From positions 1 to 32,055 of the forward strand of contig JACPMQ010000006.1 in the NCBI GenBank assembly GCA_016185955.1: a stretch of 32,055 bases of DNA. The letters run 5' to 3'. The stretch is from Candidatus Woesearchaeota archaeon. GTDB taxonomy: Archaea; Nanobdellota; Nanobdellia; Woesearchaeales; GW2011-AR4. This document shows, piece by piece, positions 7,792 to 16,495 of the stretch. Every line of letters starts with the position of its first letter. Positions within the stretch are counted from its first letter, which is position 1. The position numbers were made by a program, and so were the translations under genes. The notes beneath the pieces were generated by a model that worked only from the letters and a program-made list of their open reading frames with translations, was not told where the DNA came from and did no database searches.

Positions 7792-8634
7792 ATGTCTAAT
7801 AATCTAGTCCACATAGTGAATAATGAATTTTTTAAACAACCGCGCAATATAAGGGCTATTGGATTTGACCTTGATGGCAGCCTTACCAACCTCTATAATC
7901 GTGAGATTCATGGTTTAATATGGGAAAAAATTCTAAATTTTATTCCTGAAGAGCTAAGAAAAAAGCTGAGCAAACATGATTTTGAGCTATTAAATTTTAA
8001 TTCTGATGTAAGTTTGGGATGGTTTCTTGATATGGATTTGGGCTATTTGGTGCTGCCTTCAAGTGACAAGCATATTATTGCTGCAAGAGAAGGAAACGTT
8101 CCATTGGATAGAAGCAAAATACTAAAGGCTTATGGAAATTTAGCCAGTGTTGATATTTCTTTTGGCCCTAACCCAGACCATGACAAGCCAAGATTTTTGC
8201 CGCTTTGCGACGGATTTGCTCTTAAAATTTCAGACTGCTTTGATGTAACAATAACAGAAGCCACAAAGCCTGCATGTTTTTATGCTGGAACTCCCGAAAA
8301 TAAAAATTTATTTGACTGTCTTGCAAATATGGGAGTATCCCAAAAAGAAGTGCTTTACGTAGGAGACAGCTTATACAAAGATAGTGTGCAGGCGCAAGGC
8401 TTCGGATTTTCCACAGTCTTGAAAATGAAGCCGGATCATATAGCTGAAGTAGAGCGCAAGCTTGGAAAATACGCTTCTGTGAAATTTGAAGTAAATGGAG
8501 CGTTCAAAAAGCCTGTAAGCGAAAGAAAAGAAGAAACACCTTTAAAATTAAGCCTTTTCCTATCAGAAATTTATTACCGCGTTCATGCTATTGTTGCTGA
8601 TGTGCAGCATCTAAAGCCTTTAGTTTTATATTAA
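7792..8634 (+). CDS. HAD-superfamily hydrolase, cN-II/5'-nucleotidase-like; appears internally shortened
   Basis: IRAIGFDLDGSL (motif I), FDVTITEATKP (motif III), VLYVGDSLYKD (motif IV). Confidence 0.65.
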   Translation: MSNNLVHIVNNEFFKQPRNIRAIGFDLDGSLTNLYNREIHGLIWEKILNFIPEELRKKLSKHDFELLNFNSDVSLGWFLDMDLGYLVLPSSDKHIIAAREGNVPLDRSKILKAYGNLASVDISFGPNPDHDKPRFLPLCDGFALKISDCFDVTITEATKPACFYAGTPENKNLFDCLANMGVSQKEVLYVGDSLYKDSVQAQGFGFSTVLKMKPDHIAEVERKLGKYASVKFEVNGAFKKPVSERKEETPLKLSLFLSEIYYRVHAIVADVQHLKPLVLY

Positions 8635-8637
8635 CTA

Positions 8638-9525
8638 TCAGCTTTCCAAAAACTTTATCATATTGACAAGAGCTTCATTTACTTTGCATTCTATGCCGTA
8701 TTTTTTTCCTAAGCTTACAACAGCGCCATTTAAGTAATCAATTTCAGTGTGCTTGCCTTTTAATATATCCTGCTGCATTGAAGAAATATTTTTTGAGTCT
8801 TTAAGCGCTTCATTAATGCTTTTGACAAAATCAATGTCAAAGTTTATGTTATCTTTTTCGGCAACCTTTAAGCATTCTTCTATAATGAGTTTTTTTAACG
8901 TGTCAAGCTTTTTGTCTGCAATAACCCTGTTTTCCACTTTCAATATCGCGCTAACGGGATTAAGAACGCAATTTAATATTAATTTTTTCCATGAATCTTT
9001 TTTTATATCTTCAGAGACATAGCCGTTTAAGCCGCACTTTTTGAACATAGAAGCTAACTCATCGCTTACAGCGCTTTTTTCGCTTTTCTCAATTGCCGTA
9101 TAGCTTACGCTGTTGTATTGCACTGTTCCAGGCTTAAGGAAAGATGCGCCTACATTTGTTATGCCCCTTAATACAATACATTTTTTTCCAACAATCTTCT
9201 TTACAATATTTTCGCTGTCAAGCCCATTTTGCAGGCATAAGATTATAGTATCTTTTTTTATTAGGTTTTTTATATGCATTATAGCATTCTCACTGTCATA
9301 AACTTTTGTTGTTAGCAATATTAAAGTATTCTCTTCTATCTTTTCAACTTTTGTTATGGCTTTTATTTTATAGGTATTTTCTTCCAAGCCTATGATTTTC
9401 AATCCTTGCTTATTTATTTCATCGGCATGCTGCTGCCTTCCAACCAATGTAATATCATTTAATTCAGAAAGCTTTGCGCCATAAAGGCTTCCAATCGCTC
9501 CAGCGCCTAAAACTATTATTTTCAT
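8638..9525 (-). CDS. panE: 2-dehydropantoate 2-reductase
   Basis: [35 protein letters not shown]. Confidence 0.9.
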   Translation of the reverse strand: MKIIVLGAGAIGSLYGAKLSELNDITLVGRQQHADEINKQGLKIIGLEENTYKIKAITKVEKIEENTLILLTTKVYDSENAIMHIKNLIKKDTIILCLQNGLDSENIVKKIVGKKCIVLRGITNVGASFLKPGTVQYNSVSYTAIEKSEKSAVSDELASMFKKCGLNGYVSEDIKKDSWKKLILNCVLNPVSAILKVENRVIADKKLDTLKKLIIEECLKVAEKDNINFDIDFVKSINEALKDSKNISSMQQDILKGKHTEIDYLNGAVVSLGKKYGIECKVNEALVNMIKFLES

Positions 9526-12233
9526 AAAACTAAAATAGCAACTTTTGCAGGCATTGCCTGCTTTGCCTTTTCCTCATTAGCGTCTTCTTCCTTAACTATC
9601 TCAATGCTGCAATTGAATTCCTGCTTTAACTCGTCTGAAAAATTTTTCAGGAAACTCATTTCTTTTTGCCTATCAACAATTATTTCTGGCATTTTTGTAA
9701 CATGGTTTATAATTTTTGGAACAAGCCTTGAAATTTCCTTCATATAAATTTTTAATTCGGTATTTGCAAATCTCTTTGATAGGTCTGATGCATTCCTTGT
9801 TTTCTCCATTTCTTCCTTTAATTGCTTAACAAAATCGTATTTCCACGCATTCGCGACAAAAATCCTTATTTTTTTCGGGCTGCTTATTTTTGCAAGCTCA
9901 ATTATAGAGTAAATGTCTTTTTTTGTAGCCTCTAAAAACTCCTTAAGCGCTTCAGCTTCCTTGTCTATTTTGCTTTCATCATAGCTTGGCCATTTTTCTA
10001 GTGAAACAAAGCCTTTACAATTAATTTTTTCCCATAACTCCTCTGCAATATGGGGAGTAAAGGGGCTTATAAGCAATATAAGGTTTTTAACGCATTCAGT
10101 AAAAACCTCATTATTTACATCATTATTTTTTCCTTTGTATTTATTGTATTTATACATCTCATTTGTAAATTCCATTATTGAGCCAATTGCAAGATTATAT
10201 CTAAAGCTCTCAATGTTTTCTGTCACATTTTTTATGGTAGCGTGCATCCTGCTTATCACATATCTGTCTTTCTCATTTATCTTAACAGCATGCTTAAAGG
10301 AAATATTGCTTAAATTATCATTTACTAGATTGTAAAATCTATTAAGGAACTTAAATGACGCATGCACTCCCTTGTCGCTCCAATCAAGCTCTTTTTCCGG
10401 AAGCGCTGCAAATAAAATGAAAAATCTTGCTGTATCAGCCCCATATTTATTGGTTATCTCTTCTGGATCAACTACATTTCCTAAGCTTTTGCTCATTTTT
10501 GCGCCATCCTTAATAACCATGCCTTGCGTAAGAAGGCTTGAGAATGGCTCATCAACATCCGTTAAGCCCAAATCCCTTAATGCTTTTGTAAAGAACCTTG
10601 CGTAAAGCAAATGCAAAATTGCATGCTCTATTCCCCCAATATACTGGTCAACTGGCATCCAATATGATGATATTTTCTTGTCAAAAGGAGCCTTTTCATA
10701 CTTTGGAGAGCAATATCTTAAAAAATACCAAGAGCTGTCAACAAATGTATCCATTGTGTCTGTCTCTCTTCTCGCTTTGCCATTGCATTTTGGGCATTTT
10801 GCCTCAACAAATTCCTTGCAAGTTTCTAATGGATTTCCCATTCCTGTGAATTTGCATTTTTCTGGCTTGGGAAGCTTGATTGGAAGCTCTTCATATTTTA
10901 CAGGAACAATATTGCATTTGCTGCAATAAATAATTGGGATAGGAGTGCCCCAATATCTTTGACGAGAAATTAGCCAGTCTCTTATTTTGTAGTTTACCGC
11001 CCTTTTGCCGATTTTTTCTTTTTCCATCCACTCGGCAATTGCCTCAATTGCTCCTTTATTATTTATCCTATTAAATTTGCCGGAATTAACAAGAGTGCCT
11101 TCGTCTACATAAGCTCTTGTCATTTTTTCAGCTTTCAATTCAAATTCGCTTGGAGAAATAACAACTTTTATCTGTATTTTATATTTTTTTGCGAACTCAA
11201 AATCACGCTGGTCATGCGCAGGAACAACCATAACAGCACCTGTACCATACTCCATTAAAACATAATCTGCAACATAAATTGGAATTTCCTCATTATTCGC
11301 AGGATTTATGCAGAGCTTTCCTATGAAAATTCCATTTTTTTCTGTTTCTTCAGAAACCCTTTCTTTCATAGATTTTTTCTTAGTCTCTGCAATAAATTCC
11401 ATGACAGCCTTTTCATATTTTGTGCCTTTAACCAATTCAAAAACCATTGGATGCTCAACTGCAAAAACAAGGGCTGTAACTCCAAAAATAGTGTCGGCTC
11501 TTGTTGTGAATGTGGCAATAGTCTTTTTTGTATCCTTAATTTTGAATTGGATTTCAACGCCATAGCTTTTTCCAATCCAATTATGCTGCATTATTTTAAC
11601 TCTTTCAGGCCAATTTTTAAGCTTGTCAGATTCAAGAAGCTCATCAGCATATTTTGTTATTTTGAAAAACCATTGCTCCAATTCTTTCTCGGCAACTTCA
11701 TTATGGCAGCGCCAGCATTTTCCGTCTTCTACCTGCTCGTTTGCCAAAACAGTGTTGCATGAGCCGCACCAGTTTACTACAGCGTTTTTCCTGTATGCAA
11801 GCCCCTTTTCATAAAATTTGAGAAAAATCCATTGGTTCCATTTATAATAATCCTCTGTGCAGCTTTGTATCTGCCTGCTCCAGTCATAGCTGAAGCCTAT
11901 CTCTTTTTGCTGCTTTTTTATATGGTTGATATTGGTCCAAGTCCATTTTTCAGGATCAATATTATTTTTTATTGCGGCATTTTCTGCTGGAAGCCCAAAA
12001 GCGTCATATCCCATCGGATAAAGAACATTAAAGCCTTTCATCCTTTTGAATCTTGCTAATGCATCCCCTAAAGAATAGTTCCTTAAATGGCCAATATGCA
12101 AGGCAGAGCTTGGATATGGGTACATTTCAAGGCAGTAAAATTTCTTTTTTTTGGCATTTTCTGTGGAATTAAATATGTTTTTTTCTTCCCATTTTTTCTG
12201 CCATTTTTCAGCTATTTTTCTTAAATCTAGCAT
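9522..12233 (-). CDS. leuS: Leucyl-tRNA synthetase
   Basis: [24 protein letters not shown] editing motif, [22 protein letters not shown]; start taken as ATG 12233. Confidence 0.95.
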   Translation of the reverse strand: MLDLRKIAEKWQKKWEEKNIFNSTENAKKKKFYCLEMYPYPSSALHIGHLRNYSLGDALARFKRMKGFNVLYPMGYDAFGLPAENAAIKNNIDPEKWTWTNINHIKKQQKEIGFSYDWSRQIQSCTEDYYKWNQWIFLKFYEKGLAYRKNAVVNWCGSCNTVLANEQVEDGKCWRCHNEVAEKELEQWFFKITKYADELLESDKLKNWPERVKIMQHNWIGKSYGVEIQFKIKDTKKTIATFTTRADTIFGVTALVFAVEHPMVFELVKGTKYEKAVMEFIAETKKKSMKERVSEETEKNGIFIGKLCINPANNEEIPIYVADYVLMEYGTGAVMVVPAHDQRDFEFAKKYKIQIKVVISPSEFELKAEKMTRAYVDEGTLVNSGKFNRINNKGAIEAIAEWMEKEKIGKRAVNYKIRDWLISRQRYWGTPIPIIYCSKCNIVPVKYEELPIKLPKPEKCKFTGMGNPLETCKEFVEAKCPKCNGKARRETDTMDTFVDSSWYFLRYCSPKYEKAPFDKKISSYWMPVDQYIGGIEHAILHLLYARFFTKALRDLGLTDVDEPFSSLLTQGMVIKDGAKMSKSLGNVVDPEEITNKYGADTARFFILFAALPEKELDWSDKGVHASFKFLNRFYNLVNDNLSNISFKHAVKINEKDRYVISRMHATIKNVTENIESFRYNLAIGSIMEFTNEMYKYNKYKGKNNDVNNEVFTECVKNLILLISPFTPHIAEELWEKINCKGFVSLEKWPSYDESKIDKEAEALKEFLEATKKDIYSIIELAKISSPKKIRIFVANAWKYDFVKQLKEEMEKTRNASDLSKRFANTELKIYMKEISRLVPKIINHVTKMPEIIVDRQKEMSFLKNFSDELKQEFNCSIEIVKEEDANEEKAKQAMPAKVAILVL

Positions 12234-12290
12234 TTTGTTCAAGAAAAACAGCACCTTTTTTATAATTTATTGTTTTAAGAGATAAAAAAA

Positions 12291-12488
12291 TCAGAATTTT
12301 TTGAATTGGGCTACAGTATCTATTAAGTCTACATGCCCTAAGAACATGGCTCTGCAGCAATATCTTTCAAGTCCCAGCTCATCTAAAGCTTTTTTCCTGT
12401 CTTCGCCTTTTTGAAGCTTTTCATTATATTCTTCCCACAAGTGGGCTATTGGCTTTCCACAGCTCCAGCAACGGATTGGTATGATCAT
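12291..12488 (-). CDS. rpoN: RNA polymerase subunit N (Rpo10)
   Basis: MIIPIRCWSCGK...RYCCR. Confidence 0.95.
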   Translation of the reverse strand: MIIPIRCWSCGKPIAHLWEEYNEKLQKGEDRKKALDELGLERYCCRAMFLGHVDLIDTVAQFKKF

Positions 12489-12495
12489 TTTGTTT

Positions 12496-12526
12496 TCACC
12501 TTGTTATATTCTCACCTTGTTATATT
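12496..12526. repeat. Tandem 15-bp duplication containing the rpoN Shine-Dalgarno
   Basis: TCACCTTGTTATATT at 12496-12510 and 12512-12526 (AGGTGA on the - strand). Confidence 0.8.
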
Positions 12527-12533
12527 TAACCTT

Positions 12534-12935
12534 TTAACGGTATGACTTCTGAACTTTTGACCTCGCCTGCCCATGCCTATTTGGCTTTGCAGATTCCTTT
12601 CTCCTTACATCCGCAACCAATAGTCCCCTGTCATAATTCAAAAATTCCTCTTTAAGCTTGTCATCTTTTGAAAATTCAACAAGACCTTTTGCAATCGCAA
12701 GCCTGCACGCATCCGTCTGGCTTGAAACGCCTCCGCCAATTACATTTAAGCTTATGTCAACCTTATTTGAGATATCCCCTGCAATAATTAAAGGCTCTCT
12801 TAGCTTCAATCTGTAAAGCTTGGGCTCATAAAAATCCAACAGCTTATTATTAATCTTAACAATGCCCTTTCCTGCTTTTACAGCTGCTCTTGCTATTGCC
12901 TTTTTTCTTTTTCCTGAAGTTAGTATGACTTTCAT
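12534..12935 (-). CDS. rps9: 30S ribosomal protein S9
   Basis: SGKRK.AIARA, GGGVSSQ, C-terminal QKSYR. Confidence 0.95.
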   Translation of the reverse strand: MKVILTSGKRKKAIARAAVKAGKGIVKINNKLLDFYEPKLYRLKLREPLIIAGDISNKVDISLNVIGGGVSSQTDACRLAIAKGLVEFSKDDKLKEEFLNYDRGLLVADVRRKESAKPNRHGQARSKVQKSYR

Positions 12936-13351
12936 CTTATTTTAGCTCCTATGCGTATGCAGATGTCCTTCACCTTAGTATATTTTAAATTAGGCAGTTT
13001 GCTTACATCAGCGCTTTTTATTGTCTCTGCATTTTTATTTTTAAGAGTTTCCGGAATGCCGACATAGCATTTTATGCTTTTGAAGGCTGCTCTTCCCCTT
13101 TCAGTTTTGTATGGAAGCATCCCTCTTATAGCCCTCTTTACAAACCTATCGGGCATTCTATACACAAAAGGCCCTTTACTGTGAGTGCCTCTCTGCAAAT
13201 AGCCTTCATACACTCCGAAAATTTGGTGCCTGTTGCCAGTAATAACTGCACTTTCACAATTAATTATTTCTATTTTTTCCCCTAATAGCGCTTTTTTTGC
13301 AACAAAGCTGCCCATTCTTCCCAATATAAGGTTGCTTGCGTCTATAATCAT
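12932..13351 (-). CDS. rpl13: 50S ribosomal protein L13
   Basis: IIDA...ILGR...VAK; R.IRGMLPYKT.RG. Confidence 0.95.
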   Translation of the reverse strand: MIIDASNLILGRMGSFVAKKALLGEKIEIINCESAVITGNRHQIFGVYEGYLQRGTHSKGPFVYRMPDRFVKRAIRGMLPYKTERGRAAFKSIKCYVGIPETLKNKNAETIKSADVSKLPNLKYTKVKDICIRIGAKIR

Positions 13352-13386
13352 TTTAATGCTTTAACTTTTTTATGATTTAATTTATT

Positions 13387-13752
13387 TTACCCGATGGTTT
13401 TAATTCTTTTTCCATTCGGCTTTTCCTTGCTTAACTCAAGCAAATCAATTATTTTTGAGCCTGTGCTTTCTATCTTTTCTTTTGCCTGCTGTGAAAACTG
13501 GTAAGCGGAGATTGTAAGCTTATGGCTTAAGTTTCCAGAGCCTAAAACTTTTCCAGGCACTACCACAATATCATTTTCTTTTGTATAGCGGTTTATTCTC
13601 GATAAGTTTACAGATCTTCTCTGCCTTGTTGGCTTTTCTAAATCTATTGCGATGCTTTTCCATAAATTTACAGATTGCTCACTGCTCCTTTTTTTTAATT
13701 CTCCTATTAGCTCCTGAAGCAATGGGTTTGTTGGACCGGTTCTTTTTGTCAT
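13387..13752 (-). CDS. rpl18e: 50S ribosomal protein L18e
   Basis: VNLSRINR, VVVPGKVLGSG; operon position. Confidence 0.95.
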   Translation of the reverse strand: MTKRTGPTNPLLQELIGELKKRSSEQSVNLWKSIAIDLEKPTRQRRSVNLSRINRYTKENDIVVVPGKVLGSGNLSHKLTISAYQFSQQAKEKIESTGSKIIDLLELSKEKPNGKRIKTIG

Positions 13753-13804
13753 TTTAACCGTTTAATTTTATTAAATTTATTAACCGTTTTTAATGGATTT
13801 TTAA

Positions 13805-13909
13805 TGCGGAGGACGTGATTCGAACACGCGTACCCACTAAGGGACAAGGCCCTCAACCATACGCTCCATATTTGGATTTGCGCATTTGACCAGGCTCTGC
13901 CACCTCCGC
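13805..13909 (-). tRNA. tRNA-Leu(GAG) with 19-nt non-canonical 29/30 intron (13859-13877)
   Basis: Acceptor GCGGAGG/CCTCCGC, long variable arm; removing ATCCAAATATGGAGCGTAT restores CAAGG-TT-GAG-GG-CCTTG; sits between rpoD and rpl18e. Confidence 0.92.
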
Positions 13910-13915
13910 GCTTGC

Positions 13916-14710
13916 TTATTTCAACTCTTTTATTTCCTCGTTAAATTCATCAAAGGTTTCATTGAAAATATCAATTGATTTGTTTAATATTTCCTTGCAG
14001 CTTAACTGCCCCCAAGATTCGATGTAAAAAATAATGTCATTGTCATATTTTATCTTTACTTCCCCCTTTGAAACTTCCTCAACTACTCCTGCAAGATCAT
14101 ACTTAAAGAGGTTGTCTTTAATTACCTCCAGCTTTCCGTTTTTTATTTCAAATATATTCCCGTGGGTTGCTTCCACAACCTCTTCAGGATTTTTAACATT
14201 GCCTATTTCAATAATCGGCTTATGCTTGTAATAAGCAAGGCATGGGCTCCACTTTGTATGCATTTTGCCCTTTCCCAAAACAGCAGTAGCTTCTAATTCC
14301 AAGGATTGCCCTTTAAGCAACTTCACTATTGGCGTTTTTGGATAAACGGGCTTTATTGCAGGATCAGAGCTTTTAAGCTCAGATGCGTAAACTGTCTCAG
14401 AGCCTTTTGTTGCCTTAAGCGTGATTTTTAGCTGGCATCTTGCGCAGCCAGCGCCTTCACACTTGCATTTTTCAGGAAGATTATATGACTTCAAATCTGT
14501 TTTCAATGAAATCATACCAAGCCTATGGGCAATCATTTCATCATAAAGTATCGAGTTATTTTTCCTGAATTCTACATCCTCAATTGCCATTGTAGGCACT
14601 TCTTCTATCATAATCCTTCTTAATGTATTTGCAAAAGTAGGTGTTGTATCTTTGATTATAAAAGAAAGCTTGCCTTCTTCCCTGCTGTTATTTAAAACCC
14701 TTATTTCCAT
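13916..14710 (-). CDS. rpoD: RNA polymerase subunit D (Rpo3)
   Basis: FANTLRR...EVPTMAIE, DE.IAHRLG, PIVKL..GQ, H.KWSP. Confidence 0.95.
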   Translation of the reverse strand: MEIRVLNNSREEGKLSFIIKDTTPTFANTLRRIMIEEVPTMAIEDVEFRKNNSILYDEMIAHRLGMISLKTDLKSYNLPEKCKCEGAGCARCQLKITLKATKGSETVYASELKSSDPAIKPVYPKTPIVKLLKGQSLELEATAVLGKGKMHTKWSPCLAYYKHKPIIEIGNVKNPEEVVEATHGNIFEIKNGKLEVIKDNLFKYDLAGVVEEVSKGEVKIKYDNDIIFYIESWGQLSCKEILNKSIDIFNETFDEFNEEIKELK

Positions 14711-14724
14711 TTTGTGTTAAAGGA

Positions 14725-15120
14725 TTAAACTCTTCTTCCCCTTTTACCTCCTTTTTTCTTGCAACCGTCATGCGGCAATGGAGTCACATCTTCAATTAAG
14801 CCTATTCTCAAGCCCATTCTTGATAATGCCCTTACAGCTGCTTGCGCGCCCGGTCCAGGACCAGTGCTATCATTATGCCCTCCTTTAGCCCTTATCTTAA
14901 CATGAATTGCGTTTATGCCCTTTTCTATTGCAACTTCCGCAGCCTTTTTAGCTGCAATCATTGCTGCTGTTGGACTGCTTTCCATTCTATCGCTTTTTAC
15001 AACCATGCCGCCGGAAGCTTTGCTGATTGTCTCTGTGCCTGTTATGTCTGTTATATGGATTATTGTGTTATTGTAAGATGCGTAAATATGGGCAATGCCC
15101 CACCTTTCCTGTCTTTCCAT
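14725..15120 (-). CDS. rps11: 30S ribosomal protein S11
   Basis: [38 protein letters not shown]. Confidence 0.96.
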   Translation of the reverse strand: MERQERWGIAHIYASYNNTIIHITDITGTETISKASGGMVVKSDRMESSPTAAMIAAKKAAEVAIEKGINAIHVKIRAKGGHNDSTGPGPGAQAAVRALSRMGLRIGLIEDVTPLPHDGCKKKGGKRGRRV

Positions 15121-15131
15121 TTTTATCTCCT

Positions 15132-15809
15132 TTACTCCTTGCTTTTTTGTTTCTTGCTTTTTGCTTCTTTTCCTTTTGTTTTTCCCTTCTTAACAGGCTT
15201 TTTGCCAATATCAGCCTCTGCTTTATCTTTTTTATCTTCTTTATTGCCTTCTTTGTTACCTTCCTTACCTTGAGATTTTATGCCCTTTTCCTGTTTTACT
15301 ATGGCTCTTTCAGGATGATTTATATCCTTAATAGCAGAACTTTCAGCGAATTGTATAATGCCTTCTTCATCCAGCGGGACAAGATATGATGGCGAAGTTA
15401 TTTTTTTATCTCCCAGCGAAATGTGCCCATGCACAATAAACTGTCTTGCTTGTGATGTTGTTCTTGCCAAACCTTTCCGGAAAACCAATGTTTGCAGCCT
15501 TCTCTCCATAACATCCTTTAATGTCAAGGACAGCACTTCCTCTATCTTTGAATTATTGTTAATAAGCCCCAATGACAAAAGTTTTGTCAAAAGCTGATTT
15601 TTTTCTTTTTCCGATTGCAGCTTATTTCCAGAAACAATATTCTTTGCCTGCCTTGTAAAATTCTTTAGCACAGAATTCATTTTCCATATCTCATATTTTC
15701 TGCGCAAGCCATACGCATTTAACAGCTCTTTCTCTGCCAAAATTCTTTCTTTCTGCCATGGATGAGATGGCTTTGAAAATTTTTTTCTTAGTTTTCTTGG
15801 ACTTCCCAT
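15132..15809 (-). CDS. rps4: 30S ribosomal protein S4 with Lys-rich C-terminal tail
   Basis: [28 protein letters not shown]. Confidence 0.95.
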   Translation of the reverse strand: MGSPRKLRKKFSKPSHPWQKERILAEKELLNAYGLRRKYEIWKMNSVLKNFTRQAKNIVSGNKLQSEKEKNQLLTKLLSLGLINNNSKIEEVLSLTLKDVMERRLQTLVFRKGLARTTSQARQFIVHGHISLGDKKITSPSYLVPLDEEGIIQFAESSAIKDINHPERAIVKQEKGIKSQGKEGNKEGNKEDKKDKAEADIGKKPVKKGKTKGKEAKSKKQKSKE

Positions 15810-15813
15810 GTCA

Positions 15814-16329
15814 TTACACTCTTCCTGCTTTTGAGTCTTCTCTTTTCTTAACGCCTAATGTAACTTTTCCTTTATTTTTTCTGAAATTGGATTTTGTGCG
15901 CTGGCCTCTCACCGGCAAGCCCATGCCATGCCTGATTCCGCGATACGATCTAATTTTCTTCATAATCTTGATATCATTATCCTGCGCAAAAGCCAAATCA
16001 CTTGTCACAAAATGCCTGTCTTTGCCGTCTTCATAGCCTTTTCTCCTGTTCAGCATCCATGAAGGCACTTTGTATTTTGTAGGATCACTTAGTATTTCAT
16101 CAAATTTTTTAATCTGCTCGTCGCTTAAATAACCAACTTTAGCCATTTTATCAATATTTGCAAGATTGCACAGCATATTTGCAAACATAAAACCTACTCC
16201 TTTAATGCTTGTGAGAGCATGAGATATTCTTTTATTTCCATCAAGATCTGTATTTGCGATTCTTACAAAATACCTGAAATTCTCTTTCTGTTCCTTGTCC
16301 TTAATTCCCTGTTCTTCCATCTTTACCAT
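15814..16329 (-). CDS. rps13: 30S ribosomal protein S13
   Basis: VRIANTDLDG, IKGVG, YRGIRH..GLPVRGQRT. Confidence 0.95.
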   Translation of the reverse strand: MVKMEEQGIKDKEQKENFRYFVRIANTDLDGNKRISHALTSIKGVGFMFANMLCNLANIDKMAKVGYLSDEQIKKFDEILSDPTKYKVPSWMLNRRKGYEDGKDRHFVTSDLAFAQDNDIKIMKKIRSYRGIRHGMGLPVRGQRTKSNFRKNKGKVTLGVKKREDSKAGRV

Positions 16330-16352
16330 TTATGTTGATAAGTCTTGCACTG

Positions 16353-16395
16353 CAAAACACTAAAAAATCTGCTTTGCAGATTTTTTAGTGTTTTG
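16353..16395. repeat. Perfect 20-bp inverted repeat in the rps13 leader
   Basis: CAAAACACTAAAAAATCTGC-TTT-GCAGATTTTTTAGTGTTTTG. Confidence 0.85.
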
Positions 16396-16479
16396 GAATA
16401 TCGCCGAGAATACAGCACTTATTAACCCTAAAAGCGCTCTTAATGAACTCGGGCTGTACCAAAAAGAAAATAAGTTTTA

Positions 16480-16487
16480 TTTATAAA
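16480..16487 (-). promoter_or_regulatory. Putative TATA box for the rps13 operon
   Basis: TTTATAAA immediately after the stop of the upstream gene. Confidence 0.4.
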
Positions 16488-16495
16488 GCTTCCTA

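Noticed and set aside
16400-16470. tRNA-Ser often found before archaeal rps13
   Set aside because: No T-loop or cloverleaf could be built here.
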